From Isurus oxyrinchus (lineage: Eukaryota): a stretch of 64,000 bases of DNA. Shown here one piece after another: positions 62,356 to 64,000 of the stretch (positions are counted from its first letter, which is position 1; the number at the start of each line of letters is the position of its first letter). Made by a program: the position numbers and the translations under genes. The notes beneath the pieces were generated by a model. That model searched no databases. It saw only the letters and a program-made list of their open reading frames with translations, and was not told the origin of the DNA. The stretch lies in the NCBI GenBank assembly GCA_026770705.1, contig JANJGN010000026.1, positions 39,060,001-39,124,000 on the forward strand, in the 5' to 3' direction.

Positions 62356-63639
62356 ATGTGTCAATTCTAATGATGCTCATTACCTCCTGTGGGAAGTTCC
62401 AAAATTTAAGGTGCGACTATTGCTGATTAACATGGCTGATTTACGCATTTTAAGGTCAGCAAAAGAACAAAGTGTCTCAATCCTATGAATTAATTCATGA
62501 TGGTCTTGGCTGAAGCGAGGAATGTGGGCCAGGGCACAGTGTCGGGGCCATGGGCGGTATAATGTTCAACTCAACATATGCGACGTGGGCAGAGATTATT
62601 GGATCATGGTACCACCTGAAATATGATGTCGGTGATTTTCCCCAATTCTTCAGCTGCTACAGAGCTTCCGAGGGAGCCATGATAGGATCTCAAGTTGAAA
62701 TGTGTGTATGTGTGTCTGTCTGTCTGTGTGCGCGTATCTGTGTATCAGCGTGTGTACGTGTGTATCAACACATCATATTGTTTACAAATGATATCCACAA
62801 AGATAAATAATTATTTCCACATATTACGTTCAAGATTTTATTTTATACAAAATGTAATTGTTGTTCATTTAATATCGTTAACATAGATTGAGAGGGCATT
62901 GATCATTTCCTCAGAAAAAAACACCTCTGCCCCGAGTATTCAATTGGAATTGGGATTAAATTATTCGAATTATTCTCTGCGTTTTACTGTTAAGTAATCA
63001 GCTCAGCATTAAACAGAAACTCCTGATATAAACTTCGAGGAGGTGATAATTCGGGCAACTGATCGCAAAAAATAAATCTACCTATATCTGACCTGAACTT
63101 ACTCGGCCTTAAAATCCCGATGTTTTATTCCCCTTGCTTGGAAAGGAATGAAACACTGGCTGCTCTCCAGCAAGTTTCACCCTATTTCTATTGCCACGTT
63201 ATTCCTTCTTACCCTGTTACATTCGTTATTTCCGTCCTAACGTCTTCTAATATCCTCGGGTTTCATCTCGTGAAATAATAGTTGAAAAACAGCTTTGCAT
63301 AATATAAAAGGTCTCATGCTCCAGAGTAATGCAAGTGGGACAACTGGACAGGGCCTAATCCATTATCAGTGGAGGCATGGTCTCTAATGAAATAAAACGC
63401 AGGGCTATGGAGGAACAGCATGGGGTGGGGTGGGGGGCGGGTTGGGGACTGGTGGAGGTGGGGGTGAGAGTCCATGAGATAAATTCGATAGTTTATTTTA
63501 ACGCTGGTACAATCCTGAGTAGCTGAATGTCCTCCTTCGCAGCCAGATATGTAGGCGCATCCTAGAAGGCTATGACTTATGACTGCCTCAATCCAACACT
63601 TTTCATTTTACACCCAGAGTTCAGAAAAGGGGAAAAAGG

Positions 63640-63960
63640 AAAAATGTATTAGAGCACTTTTCACGATCATCGGGCATCTCTGAGTGTTTTACAGCCAAAA
63701 ATGTACTTCTGGTGTAATTACAATTGTAATGTAGGAAAGGCTGTAGCCAATTCACGCACAGCAAGCTCTCACAAGCAGCAATGTGATAATGACCAAATAA
63801 TCTATTGTCATGTTTATTGACAGCTAACTATTTGCTAAGAGACCTGGGACAACTCCCCTGCACTTCCAGCCAGGATAGTGCCATGGGATCTTTTACATCG
63901 ACCTGAGAGGGCAGACGGCCTTAGCTTAATGTCAAAGGGGGAACTGCTACCAACTGAACC
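63640..63960 (-). mobile_element. Deu-domain SINE (SacSINE1/AmnSINE1-like)
   Basis: gtaatgtaggaa...gcacagcaagctc.cacaa.cagcaatgtgataatgacca...gtgccatgggatcttttacat..acctgagagggcagacgg. Confidence 0.75.
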
Positions 63961-64000
63961 ACAGCGATAGACAGGGTTCATTGTGAATGAATATATAGGT

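Overview
Cartilaginous-fish (shark-type) genomic DNA holding one complete, unrearranged immunoglobulin heavy-chain IgM minilocus on the minus strand. Order: TATA/promoter (~21820), leader (21677-21722), VH (21239-21548), 23-RSS, 12-D1-22 (20797-20813), 12-D2-12 (20406-20418), 23-JH (19962-20009), an 11.9-kb J-C intron, Cmu1-Cmu4 with secretory tail (8084-5242), then TM1/TM2 (2180-1906). All coding exons are open and in frame. Several normally conserved positions look altered: the expected TM1 splice acceptor reads CG instead of AG, the Cmu2 F-x-P motif is lost, and VH has an extra Cys and YYCAG. The J-C intron carries a ~4.1-kb composite insertion bounded by a 13-bp direct repeat. It contains a long hairpin and a 2.4-kb repeat that is G-rich on the sense strand, resembling a switch region. 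The 42 kb upstream of VH has no recognisable gene. It holds CR1, RTE and Penelope retroelement relics, SINEs, a ~13-kb 27/54-bp satellite with an internal ~4.8-kb duplication, candidate lymphoid enhancers, and near the right end an inverted paralog of the VH upstream flank that suggests a head-to-head neighbouring Ig cluster just outside the window. The species cannot be determined from sequence alone. Comparisons to published shark IgM sequences are from memory and need checking by alignment.
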